This document shows, in pieces, positions 50,464 to 63,100 of a stretch of DNA of 64,000 nucleotides. The notes beneath the pieces were generated by a model. It made no database searches. It saw only the letters and a program-made list of their open reading frames with translations, and had not been told where the DNA came from. The stretch lies in assembly GCA_965202585.1 (NCBI GenBank), contig OZ241830.1, positions 39,060,001 through 39,124,000 on the forward strand, in the 5' to 3' direction. How positions within the stretch are numbered: the stretch's first letter is position 1; every line of letters begins with the position of its first letter. The DNA comes from Thalia democratica (Eukaryota). The position numbers and the translations under genes were made by a program.

Positions 50464-50828
50464 GGGTACCATATATACACGAAGGGACATTTTTACTTGA
50501 AGGGTCATTTTTAAACGAAGACAATTTTTCACGAAGTAAGTTTTGCATTAAGAAACTTTTGCATTAAAACACTTTTACACGAAGTGTCATTTTAAACGAG
50601 TTGAAAACTTTGTTACTTTTTTCTATCATTTTTATTAATTTAATTTTATTTTTTTGTACTATCACTGTTACCCCTAAGCCTAACTTTTATTCTGATCGGT
50701 AACATTTCTTCTTTGTCTTTTTTTTTTTCTTGATTGTTTTATTACTTATTTCTATGATTATTAATATTTATTCTTCTGCAAAAGTGTGATATTGAAAAAG
50801 TGTCTTCGTGCATATTTGGCCCTTCCCC
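50464..50828. mobile_element. Degenerate short relative of the 25325-26730 Foldback-type element
   Basis: Decayed (T)TTTGCACGAAG-like units on the left face inverted units (aaaaagtgtcttcgtgca) on the right, with GGG/CCCC termini. No clean TSD was found. Confidence 0.5.
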
Positions 50829-51377
50829 TATATTGTTACTTATAAATTATTTATTTTAGATATAGTACTTTAAAACTTGATGTATTTTTAACTGTTTTTT
50901 AAAATGTTGAAAATTATTAAAAAACCCTTAGTAATGTTAAATAACTAATGTTTTATACAAAACTCCACTACTACATAAATACTGTAGTTTACTCCTTTGC
51001 AAAATGTTTTATTTATTTATTTGCAAATTTTTTAACTTAAAAAAAAGCTTTTAATAAATTTTTGAATAAACTGTTTATATACAGTATATTCCATATTTAG
51101 ATAAAAGTCGTAAAATTATATAAAAGGTGATGACTTTGAGCATATTAACTTTTTTATAGAGGTTTTAGTTTTAACTTTTATTAGAAAAACATAACTTTGA
51201 GATGTTACAACTTTTAATTGAGAACATATTTATTTTGTTACAGTTTATTAAAAAAAATACTTTCCTTTGTACGAGTTTTTGAAGATTCAGAAAATAAACA
51301 GCTTAGTTTACACTGAAAGCTAATAAATTGTTTATGTTTTTAGTTGTTATCTTAATTATTCTTAACTAGTATTGATA

Positions 51378-54300
51378 ATGCAAACCCAATCGAATCATCC
51401 TAAACAAGAAAATTCACCAGTCAGCCAAGTTAAAATACCTACAAATGAAGAAGCTAATAAATCACATGATGAGAAAAAATCCAGGCACTTCAAAACAGTC
51501 CGTGGTCTTGGGGTAAGAATTTGATAAGTTAAAAATCAAAATACTTTCGGTCGACTAACTTTCTAGATTTTGAATATTTATAAGGGTTTGATATAGATAA
51601 TGTTTTTCATCGGCAGATAGCAACAACAGTTCTTTCTACCCTTGTGTTATTCATGAGCATTGTTGAACTGGTTATATCTGTAGTTTCCTTTTCAGAATGC
51701 ATGCGGATATATGGTTATCGATGCTCTCCTTATGTGTCTTGGGGTGTTGGTATTTGGTGCTCTGTCCTTGTAAGTTGATTGCTTAAAAAAATTAGTAACT
51801 TTTGGAAGTCATTAATTTATAGCATATATAAGGTTTTTACTTGTTCCAGTTTACTTTAAGCTGTTGTTAAAATTTGAATTATAAATTAGGGCTAGTTGTA
51901 CAGAACTGGCCGTAATTGTTAGAAACAAACTTTCGCTAACCTTTCTCTAGTATTTTACACTTATACTGGAAAAAATTGTTTTGTCTGAGCATAAAATTCA
52001 ACATTTTTTAAAAGTTTGTATTGCAGCTAACTTACAGCTAAGTTTTCATTATATTAAAAAATAAATTCCATACTCTTCTAATTGTTTTATATAATACGAA
52101 ATCAATGAAATAAAATTAAAATTAAACAAGTAAGATTTCTTTTACGAGCCGCATATTTCTCTACTTTGCCTGTTTAACGTGTAAACTAAAATTTAACTAT
52201 AAAAATTCTTAAATTATTAAAGTATTTGTTTCAAGTTAATTTATTTAAAGCAAATGTAGTTTACCTTCATAAATTTATAATCGTTTAAAAACTAAGGTAG
52301 CCTTAAAGGTTTTATGTAAAGAAACACAACGTTCTATTTAATAAATTACTTTTGAATAAGTTTTATTAAATATTTTCTGAATCTTAGCTTAATCCACAAA
52401 ACCACTTGTGATTAAAAACAGTAGTTTAAACTGCTTGGAAATTAATTTGTTCTAAAAACAGTTTTTCTTCAATTGACATCTGCTAGATGAATATTCGTAT
52501 CAAGTAAATAATAATTAATTGTAACTCTAATTGATTATTACGTTCTACACAAAAAGTTTAAACTCTATTTCATTTGTTTATTTAGCCTTTTATTGCTGGA
52601 ATTTTTGGAGTTATTGCTGGGTCAAAGTCATCGTCACAAAAAAAGGTAACTTCAAAAACGTTCATTAGCTAACTATTTTGTTTTATAAATATTTATAATA
52701 TTAGATATTAATAATAAATGTAAAAAGTCCATTAGTTATTAAAGCATGTGTTTTAAATAAGCACTTAAACTTAGTTTTTACTTAAAAAACAATAAACTTT
52801 TTTGATAATGATTATTTTTTGTAAATATATATATTTTTTGATAATGTATTAAATTAAATTTCAGAGGGAATTATTAATAGGATTTAGCATCGCAGGAGCT
52901 GTCATGTCGTTTGTTTTAATCGCACTTCAGTTATATTTGACCATTGCTCGGCGTTCGGTAAGTGCTAATAATTAGTTTGATATTTTCGTTAATCTAAAAA
53001 AAATTAAATCAGTTTTCTTTTTTTTTGTGTGTTAAAGTTATTTTAAATCAATCAAACTAATTAGTCTAAAGTTAATTTAAGTTTTATGCACAAAAACATG
53101 AGTATCTTTAAAAGTCTTTTAACTCTTTAAAGTCAACTTCAACATCTTTGCTGATAAAGTACTTAAAAAATCTTTTTAAATTGCATAAAAACAATTTCAA
53201 GTTATACGTATATATGCAAATTTTTAATTAAAAATGATTTTAGTTATTATTTGCTAAAATACGTAGTTTTTTGTTGATAGATTATGATTTTACTTTTATT
53301 ATTTATATGAAGTAAATAAAAATTAATAACTTTTTTGTGTGTGCTGCATAACACATATAGTCTACAATACTAATAAAAGGTTATACATTAAAAAGCTTTG
53401 TTATATACAGCTTTTTATAGTTTTTTCAAATTTTTTTTTAAACTTTTTCATCCTAGGCAACTCTTAAAACACTTTTTATATTCGAACTGCAAATAGCAAT
53501 AATGAGCACAACTGGTATGAATATGGTTTTGTTGATAACTTCTTCTACTGTAAGCTGCTGCATGCATAAAACCTGCTGTGGAAATCAGGTAATTGGAATT
53601 ATTTTTTGGAGTTAAATAAATACTTTACAGTTGTTAAAACTTTACTAATTTGTAACTTTCGTTTCTATAAAATGTGACAAAACTTTCATTATCATAAAAC
53701 TATGATAATTAAAAGTGATTATTTTTAGTTTTATATTTTAATGAAACAGTTTTGTCTATTATAATTTAAAACTTTAATGTTTTATGTATTAGTCTCAATG
53801 TCGAATAAATTAAAATTTAAGACCTTTATCAAACTTTAATTATCAGTACACGTCTAATTGTAAAGAATTTATTCTAAACAGAAATTATAAAACTCATTTT
53901 AGTTTTTATGTTTTATAGTTTTTTTATATTAATCTTCTAGTATATCTTGTTTTACCGAACTTTGTTAAACGTTCAGAAACTTTTCGTGAAGACAAGTTCA
54001 GCCGAAAGTTTATTGAAGTATTTTTTAGTCAGTTCTACATACCAACATCCTTATAACTTATGATAAAATTTGTCCTTGTGATGTAACTTACATCCTCAAC
54101 TTTATACAACGTGTTTACTTGTTTAAGACTCATTTAAATAATTTTAAATACTATTTACCGTTTTTAAGGCATATATTGCTTACAATAGTATATGTATTAA
54201 ATTTGTTTATCCGTTTATTTCATTGGGTTTTTAAAGTATTTTTTTAGCTTAAAAATATTAGTAATTCCAAATTTCAAACATTTGCTTGAAATGTTAAGAT

Positions 54301-55237
54301 TTTGTAACTAAAATTTAAAAAAAATTACAGCAAAAACAATAAGTATAACACCAAGCTTTAAAAAAAAAAAAACAATATTTGTTTAAATCAAGGTATCTAA
54401 ATTGAAAATTTCTAAACTTAAGTTATTTTTACTTTTACAGTCAAGGAAACCAGTTGAACAACGAGTTGTATATGTACCTTATGATCCGAATCAACAAGTT
54501 AATTACCAACCTACACCAGGTATAACATATGAGTTCAAATTCAGCTTTACAATAGTTGCTTTAAGTTGTCACGTAAAATTTTAATCTTTTAGAACTGATT
54601 TTAGTAAAATTACACAAAGTATATCAGGTTTTTCTTTTGAAATCAGACTTTTTGCTCACAAAGCTGCAAAAATAATGTGTGTACAATTTTTTAGAATAAC
54701 TAAATTGTAACAAACCTAATAACGTAAGACTCAGATTTATAATTTTGACTATTTTAATCATATGTACAGCTATTTTCTTAAACTAAATCTCTAAAAATGT
54801 ATAGTATGAATTTTAAATAACAACAAAATTACATTTTATTTTGATATAGTTTCTAACTTTATATTTTCGCAATTCTAATAAGCAATTTGGTTTAAACTTT
54901 TTTTTGTTTATTTAATACTTTTATACTTTTGGTACTTATACCACTACTTTTGGTTATGTATTAGTTAACAATTTCTAACCAGACAACGTGCTTTACAAAA
55001 TTTTGGCTTACATTCAGTTGAACATTTAAAAACTATCAAATTTTTTCAGGTACTCTAAACTATCCTCAAGAAAACCAGTCAGGTTCTCTCAACCAGCAAC
55101 AAGTGACAAATTTTCAACCAAACCATTTAGAGATTACAAACGTTCAGCAAAATCAACAAGTTTTACCTACAGCTCCCCAATTTCATACAAGTCCTCCAAA
55201 TGTTCAACCTCCTGAGTATTCAAAGATAGCTATGTGA
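51378..55237 (+). CDS. MS4A/CD20-like four-transmembrane protein (279 aa) with Q/P-rich tail and PPEY motif
   Basis: Exons 51378-51512, 51617-51769, 52586-52645, 52865-52957, 53457-53588, 54441-54519 and 55050-55237 (TGA) are all GT-AG and phase-consistent (840 nt). There are four hydrophobic segments, the SWGVGIWCSVLPFIAGIFGVIAG motif, a cysteine cluster after TM4 (SCCMHKTCC) and a PPEY near the C-terminus. Confidence 0.88.
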
Positions 55238-56949
55238 TGTAGTGAAAATTTGTTGTTTGATTTTCATTACCCCTATAATTGAATTGTTTTCATATTATTG
55301 AAGTATAGTATAAACGTTTATTTTTAATAATAGCTAAATCTATGAGTTATTTAAATGAATATTTAAATTTTGAATCTTTTTTACATTAAATTAAAAAATA
55401 TTAGTTCAGCTTGTATAACATAATGAACAATAATATTTCAAATAACAATAATGAATTATTAGTGTTATTGTATCTAAATATATACTAATTAGTTTATTTA
55501 TGTTGTAAATTTTTTGATGTTTGCACAAAGCTAAAATATTTCGAAGGTAAAAAAAACATATTTTTACTTAGTTTTAATTTTAACTTTTATCTTTAAAAAA
55601 AATTAATTGTTAAAATGTACTTTTTTTAGTAAATACAGTATGCCATAAGGTGCTAATATCACTTTTTTGTTGAAGCTTGACGAGATTGGCGTTTTTTTCT
55701 GTCAAAACTATTTTCGTTAATAAAAAAGTTATTAGCACTTCAGTTTATACAATAGTAAAATACAAAAAGAAAATTTTATTGTAGTTTTAAAAAAGTTTCT
55801 ATTTGTTTTATAAGGTTTAATTATTTAAAACGTTCTCAAATTATTTAATATTTAACGACGCTTGTGTGTTGTATAAGTAGCACAAATCTAAAAAGCTTTT
55901 AAAAATGTATTCATTTCAAAGAACAGAAGAAAAAAAAAGTGTTAGTTTTGTGCTTTGAAAAAACATAGACTGTATGTATAAGTTAACAAGTTAATAACTA
56001 GTAAAGACTGGAACAACTGCTAATACATAAAAAGCAATAATCATGTAAACTATTGATCCTTAGGTAGTTCATTTGTGCACAGTAGTGTACACAGAATTTT
56101 ATTTAGGGTGAAAAAAAATCGTAAACTAATTATATTTTGTCTTTTTCTTTTATGAAAAGCTAATTATAACATAAACTAACATTTTTTCTCTGGTTATTGA
56201 CATATCAGGGAGAGACAATATAAACAAGTTAACTTAAACAAGGGAGATGTCTAATAAGCTGTGATAAACAATTTAGGAAACCTTATTCAGGTCTCTCAAA
56301 ACATAAAAATTAAGTATTTTAAAACAATAGTTCATACTTTTTACAGATTAGTTTGCGCAAAGGTTTTTTAAAGTCTTTCCTATATGAAATATGCATACAT
56401 TAAAATTTTGAGAACCACAGATGTGGATTACTAGCTTTATTCTACGAATTTACGAGCTTAGATCATTAGTTTAAAACAATTCCCATACAACTTGAACAAA
56501 AAAAAAAAGTTTTCAACATTTTGTGTTTTAAACATAAGGGTAGCCTGTGAACGTTAAGAGTAAAAGTGAAAACAACATGTTGTTTTAAGATTTTAATTTT
56601 AGTAACTAAAAATGAAATTCTGTAAAAAGTAGTTTTTGACACTATATGTTATGATTATAATTAAAGTAAATAATTGGTAACTGTACCAATTGTACAAAAA
56701 AGTTAAGAAATCTTACTCACCCAAGAACGTAACTACAGTTTTTGTTCAGTATTATTTTGAAAACATTCGTTCTCAAGTTTATGAAACAAAAATTTTAGAT
56801 AAAAATTATTTGGTTGTTAAGGATGTTACAACAAAACAGACTACCAATAAAAAGAAAGAAAATTCATTTCGTCGAGGATAAATGCATCTAATGTAGTTAG
56901 TTGAATTTTTGTAACAAAATAGTTCATAAGGCTTGAGAAGCAGATATAC

Positions 56950-59900
56950 TGTGCCGCTTACGCGGTAATTGTCTCTTTTTTACTTTTTTCTTTTTTCTCA
57001 AGCGAGTATAAATTCAACAATCTCGAGTAATTTAGAGTTCTTTTTAGTTTCTATTGCATTGCAGCGGACTGAACTCAGTGCAGCTTTTCGCTGCACTTAA
57101 GTTTTAATGGTTTCAATCTTGTTGTCTAGTTGATTTCGATTTTAGATTACTTTTTGAGTTTGGTTTAAACATTTAGTTTTTAGCTTCTTTTATTCGAGTA
57201 TTGTCGTCTTTTAAAAAATTGATAATTTGGTTTATTAGTGTAATGTTGTGCAGTATTTTATCATCTTTTCGTTTCGCAAATTCATGTAAATATAATCATT
57301 ATCACAGATTCGAACTCAGTTTAAATTAATATAAGTAACTGATTTATTAAACCTTTAGTAAATAGTAAGTAAGTCATATTAGTCAACTATAATTTAAGCG
57401 TTATCTTGGGGACTTCTATTATACAAGTTAGAGCGCACTTTGCGTTATAAACCAGGCCAATAATAGTGTATAAGTAGAAACCCTTTTGGGGATAGCGACA
57501 TGATGACCCGGACGTCCAGTTAATTATAGCTGGAATTGAACACAGATACCTTCATTAAAAATTTATACGTTTTGTAGATGGTGACTTAAAAACAGAGTAA
57601 AATAAACCTGATTTAATAAATTTATAATTTCGATAAACTTAATGGCATTTATTTAACCAAGTCATCTGGTCTGTAAAGTTTATAAAAATGAGTTTAAAAT
57701 TTCTAGTTGGAAAAACAACTAAGTAGTTCGAGTTTGTGAGAGATTTGTGTTGTTTTTTTGCAAAAAGTAATTAGCTTTATTGTGTTGAATTTTATGTTAA
57801 AGTGGTTTGGGAAAAGCTAATCGACATGTGTTAGAACTAAAATGTATTTGTTGTGTATGATATTATCGCAATTCATTGTAGAAGTGTTTTTTAAAGTGTA
57901 TTTTAAATCTTGTACGAGCAAGTTGAAACAAAAGTCTTGTTTTCAAGTTGTTCCGCCGTCTCGTCTATTAATTAAATATAGTTTAATCGTTTTAAACATA
58001 TTGTTAAAAGAGAAATGTTCGCTAAAAATTAAAATGGAATTCAAGGCTTCTAATAATAAAACTTTCGTATAACATAAAGAGTTTTAAACGTTTATAAAAG
58101 TTAGCAACTGTAAAGTTTAATTGTTTTGTTTTCAGACAATCGTTTTAATTTGAACTATAACGGATAATAAACTTATTAAACTGCATGTAAAAACATTGTT
58201 GTTTTTTTCGTTCTTCCTGGTAAAAATACTTGTATGAGGTTATTAAAACTTGTTTTCGAGTGCATAATCGGTTATTAAAGTGAAATGTCTTAAATTTATT
58301 AAGCTTAATTTAATTTTATATTTAGCAACAATGTTATGTTCAAATTTTACAGTTGTTTTACAATGACCTTGTTAATTGCTTGTAACAAACTTTATTGACA
58401 TGTTTTTTGTTGTTTTAAATCTAAACGTACTTACAAAAAAATCATTTTTAACGAGGTCATTCGAGCTATTAAATGTCTTACCCGGTATTTAAAATCTGAA
58501 AATAAAAAACAATTTTGTTTAAATTTTTTTAGAATATTAAAGTTTTCAAAATCAGTACAAGTTCACTGGCTATATTTTTATGAAAAGAAGTTTAAACTTT
58601 TGAGACGCATTCAACGCTTGTTTTGTCAACTAATTCGTGTAAAATGTGAAATGTTTTTTATTTTAAAGCTTGTAGAGAATTACTGTGTATTGATTGGAGC
58701 CAAAAATGTTTCTCAATTACTTTGAAACTTAACAAACTTTAAAGTTAAAATATAAATAGACTAATTGATTAATGTAATGTTGTTGCTAACTAGTAGCATA
58801 TAAGTTTGTAAATTGAATTTTTTATTTTTTAATGTTTTAACTTGTTTTTAAAATTGATATCAAGTAGTGACGTACATTCTAATTGCACTTTCGCACGAAC
58901 GGCTCGAGAAACGAATCGGCGAGGAGCGGTACGAGGAGACTTATGTACGAGGAGAGGAACGGGAGATGAAAGAGGTGATGTATGGAGAGACGGATCAGAG
59001 GATTCCGTAGCGCCAATAGACCGTTAGGTGAGGCCAGGAGACGGATTCCGTAGCGCCAACAGACCGTTAGGTGAGGCCAGGAGACGGATTCCGTAGCGCC
59101 AACAGACCGTTAGGTGAGGCCAGGAGACGGAATCCGTAGCGCCAACAGATCGCTAAGGTGAGGCGAGGAGACGGAATCCGTAGCGCCAACAGACCTATAG
59201 GTGAGGATAGGAGACGGAATCCGTAGCGCCAACAGATCGCTAAGGTGAGGCGAGGAGACGAAACCCGTAGCGCCAACAGACCGTTAGGTGAGGCGAGGAG
59301 ACGGATCAGCATAAACCGGTCAAACGACGTGGAGATGTACAAGGGCGGAGCGAGTTCCAGCAGCAAAGAAATTTTTTAAACTTTCTACATTTGTCTGTCA
59401 TTTTGAAAACTGTATCATACTTTTATTAATTTTGTGTATTTTAAATTAGTTTATAGAATTTTTCAAGTAGAGTAATGCTTTTTAAACTAAGGAGATAAAA
59501 GTCGGCGGTCGTTTTTCGTTAATTTTTCTATATGGGGAGTTGTAAGCATTCTTACAAGTGTTAATGAATAAAAATTAATGATTTTTTTCGGAAAACCAAG
59601 AATAAATTCTTAAAGTACGAAGGTAAGAGGAGAAAATGTGCCGCTTACGCGGTAATTGTCTCTTTTTTACTTTTTTCTTTTTTCTCAAGCGAGTATAAAT
59701 TCAACAATCTCGAGTAATTTAGAGTTCTTTTTAGTTTCTATTGCATTGCAGCGGACTGAACTCAGTGCAGCTTTTCGCTGCACTTAAGTTTTAATGGTTT
59801 CAATCTTGTTGTCGAGTTGATTTCGATTTTAGAATACTTTTTGAGTTTGGTTTAAACATTTAGTTTTTAGCTTCTTTTAATCGAGTATTGTCGTCTTTTA

Positions 59901-60193
59901 AAAGAATTGATAATTTGGTTTATTAGTGTAATGTTGTGCAGTATTTTATCATCTTTTCGTTTCGCAAATTCGTTTTAAATATAATCATTATCACAGATTC
60001 GAACTCAGTTTAAATTAGTATAAGTAACTGATTTATTAAACCTTTAGTAAATAGTAAGTGAGTCATATTAGTTATTTAAGTCAACTATAATTTAAGCGTT
60101 ATCTTGGGGACTTCTATTATACAAGTTAGAGCGCACGTTGCGTTATAAACCAGGCCAATAATAGTGTATAAGTAGAAGCTTCGGTTAGCGACA
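56950..60193 (+). mobile_element. Non-autonomous LTR retrotransposon (3244 bp), probably Ty3/Gypsy-related
   Basis: 5' LTR 56950-57500 and 3' LTR 59637-60193 both start TGT and end ACA and are nearly identical. The 4-bp TSD is ATAC (56946-56949, 60194-60197). PBS-like TGATGACCCGGACGT (57501-57515) matches 13/15 to the tRNA-Trp 3'-end complement TGGTGACCCCGACGT as I recall it. The polypurine tract GAAGGTAAGAGGAGAAAA is at 59619-59636. No gag/pol ORF is present inside. Confidence 0.9.
59000..59309 (+). repeat. GC-rich 43/44-bp tandem array (1 partial + 6 full units) inside the LTR element
   Basis: Unit GGAGACGGATTCCGTAGCGCCAACAGACCGTTAGGTGAGGCCA. Full units start at 59037, 59080, 59123, 59167, 59210 and 59254 (lengths 43, 43, 44, 43, 44, 43). 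Confidence 0.95.
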
Positions 60194-63100
60194 ATACATT
60201 GAGTTTTTATTTTGGTATTAAAAATTCTAAAACATAAGCTAGAACTATAAACAAGCGTCTGAACAATACAGTTGTATTTTTCATATCATTTAGTTAAAAC
60301 TATGTTTTAATATACTAACAAATACATTAAGCTGCACTTTAAAGTATTAAAGTTTAATCTTAAATTAGGTTGTCAATTTCGTACGAGTAGTATCAAATCA
60401 GTGTAGTTTTCATTTGTTTTCTTGCTAAACATCTATAGGGCTTACAAAGTAAAATGCGCACTATTTTTGTTTTATACTTATGATTTTTAATATTTATTAG
60501 CAAGCTTGCTATGTAGCTAATATAAAAATAACTATCTCAATCTTAGACAATTATAAATTTCTTATGAGTTTTTAAACTAAAAAAGAGTCCTCGGATTTTA
60601 TAAAATGTGAAACAGACATCAAGTTTTAGTTTAAAGACCAATGAAAACATAATTTAGTTTTTTTTTATAATATTAATAAATTTTACAGACATGGAGAAAT
60701 AATATACTTTCTTTTACTTCATTGAATAGAAGATTTGGAAAGTAAAGAGTCTTATGAATAAGAACTATTTCCTTTTTTAATTTGATTTTTTGATTCTATT
60801 TTGTTTATATTGTTTTGCTGCTACAGCAGAGACTACTATAATTGTTAATTAATTTATCTAGTTATAAACATCTCTACTACGCCTTTTTTTTTTGAATGTA
60901 AAGAAACATTTTTAAATTTCAATATATTTTTAATTTTTATAGTTATCAAAAAGTTAAGTAATGCTTAGTTCAAATTAGAATACAAAACACTTTTGATTAG
61001 TATAGTTTTGTTTTTTTCATAACGTTTTATTAAAAAAACAACTTCACAATATTGTTTTTGATTGCGTTTTTAACAAGTTATGAATGTTGTTACAGGCTGT
61101 AATAACAGTTACTTTCTCACTAAAACACATTAAAAAACAACATTATGTGTGATAACTTCTAGCTAATTGGTAATAGTATGCGTTCTACTTTAATAACTAC
61201 TTGTCTAATAAAATAGTCGTTGTCTATAAATTTGAATTGAAAATAATTTATCTCTCTTAAAAGACAAAAACATAATTTAGAGTTATAAAATATTTTGATT
61301 AAAAGTAAATAAAAAAGACTCTTAAGTTTTCATAAATATTTATTGCAATAGTTATAAGTTTAAAAAATAAGTTGTGGTTTAAAAGCCTTAAACTAAAATA
61401 GGTATACCAAGTTTAAATAAATAAAACTTTTATTACATATGTTGAAAAAAATAATTAAGTATACTTACTGTAACTTCAGATAAAAAAAAATCGACTAATT
61501 ATACTTTCATTATCGAAAAAAGTAATAAAATAGTAGTTTAAAGTTGATTAGAATTTAACTCTGAAAAACGGATGTAAAGTGTAGGAACAATTAAAAAAAT
61601 TTAAATAACTTTAAATTTTAAAAACAACAATTTTGTAGGCATATATTTTTAAAGCACTATTTTAAATGTTAGTACTATGTACAAAAGTTTTAAGCAAGTT
61701 ATATTACATTTTTTTTCATAGTTTTTGCTGAGGTCCAATATAATTTAAAGTGGTACAGTTAAAGTTTACTAAATTATAATAGAAAGTAAATTATTTACAG
61801 AAAAATCTTTTTAAATAAGATGACACTAATTTTCATATCAAACAAATATTGTAAGATTGATGTATACGTCATTCTTATCTAATCGCACTAAAATAACATA
61901 ACAAAAATACGATAAAAGTATGTCTAATTAGAGTTGAACAAAACAATCATTTCATTTAATATTAAACAGCGCCTGTTGATTTAGTTATTTCAATAAAATA
62001 AAGTTCAAAATACTTCAAAATCCGATACAACAATTTCAGTTTTAGACTTTAAGCTTATTTATTTTACAAATTGCTTTTTTTCTAGACAAGTTTCTGCTAT
62101 GTATTGAAACTACATGCTACTTATAAAATTATTGTGTAAGTAGTACGCAGTGAGAAATTATGTGGAAATATTCTACTACGAATATTAAATAAGCTAAACT
62201 AACTTTAAAATTGATGGTCTGTACTTTTATTCGTATTTTCTGTTATTGAATTTTTTTTGTTTTTTTTTTTGTTTAACAATCTAATCTCTTGTTAAAATAA
62301 ATACTTAACATAAAACTATGTGAATTGAAGACTTTTATAAGTTATTTGAAATTCTTTTGAAAAAATTACAAATTACCGAAGAATGACCCATTTATTTTTT
62401 AACTTATAATGTTCAGGAGAAATGTTAAAACTTAAACTATTTCATTTACTATACAAACACAAGTTCTAGACATTTTTTTACACATTCATAGTTCTATGAT
62501 TAATTACTTTTAAGACTTTTTGTTAGATGTTTAAGTCAATTAAACGTTTTTTAACTTCTTATAAAACAATTTGATATAAGCTTTTGTGTTTTCTATATAC
62601 TTTTTTTCGATCTACAGTGCATAAACGAAAGCTCATGTAGAAATTGTGTAACTGAAAAGTAAAAAATGAGAGACAGAAAAAATAGATTTTGAAAATAGAA
62701 GAGTTGAACTTATGGAATTTGAACATTTTGTTTTTATTTAGTTATGTGTCACAGTACGATGTACAATGTTTAAAAAAAAGCATTGTGTATTTTAGTCTGA
62801 TTATTAGTATAATAGTTTATGAATTTTAAGAAGTTTAAAAACTTAGCTTATGTTTTTAAAAACTTTGATTAATTTTTAGCTTTGTTTATATTATCAAAAA
62901 AATAGTTGGTAAAAATACTACTTTAATATAGTTTTGGTTTAAATTAAAAAAATTCAAGTATTTAACATTTCTTTTGAACAATTATTACTATATTTTTTTA
63001 AGGTAAAAAAAACGTCAACTTGAATAGTAATCTATGTTATTTAAAATATATTTCGTTTTATATAAATATGAGCAAACTTTCAAGCTAGCATAATTAGTGA

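Noticed and set aside
59000-59309. CRISPR-like reading of the 43/44-bp array (constant part plus variable part)
   Set aside because: The variable parts are homologous variants that recur (three types), not unique spacers. There is no cas-like ORF, and the array lies inside a eukaryotic LTR element.
58842-59366. ORF-track ORFs 58842..59027 (+) and 59067..59366 (-)
   Set aside because: They arise from GC-rich repeat sequence. Unit lengths of 43/44 bp shift frame each unit, and there is no recognisable gag or other domain.
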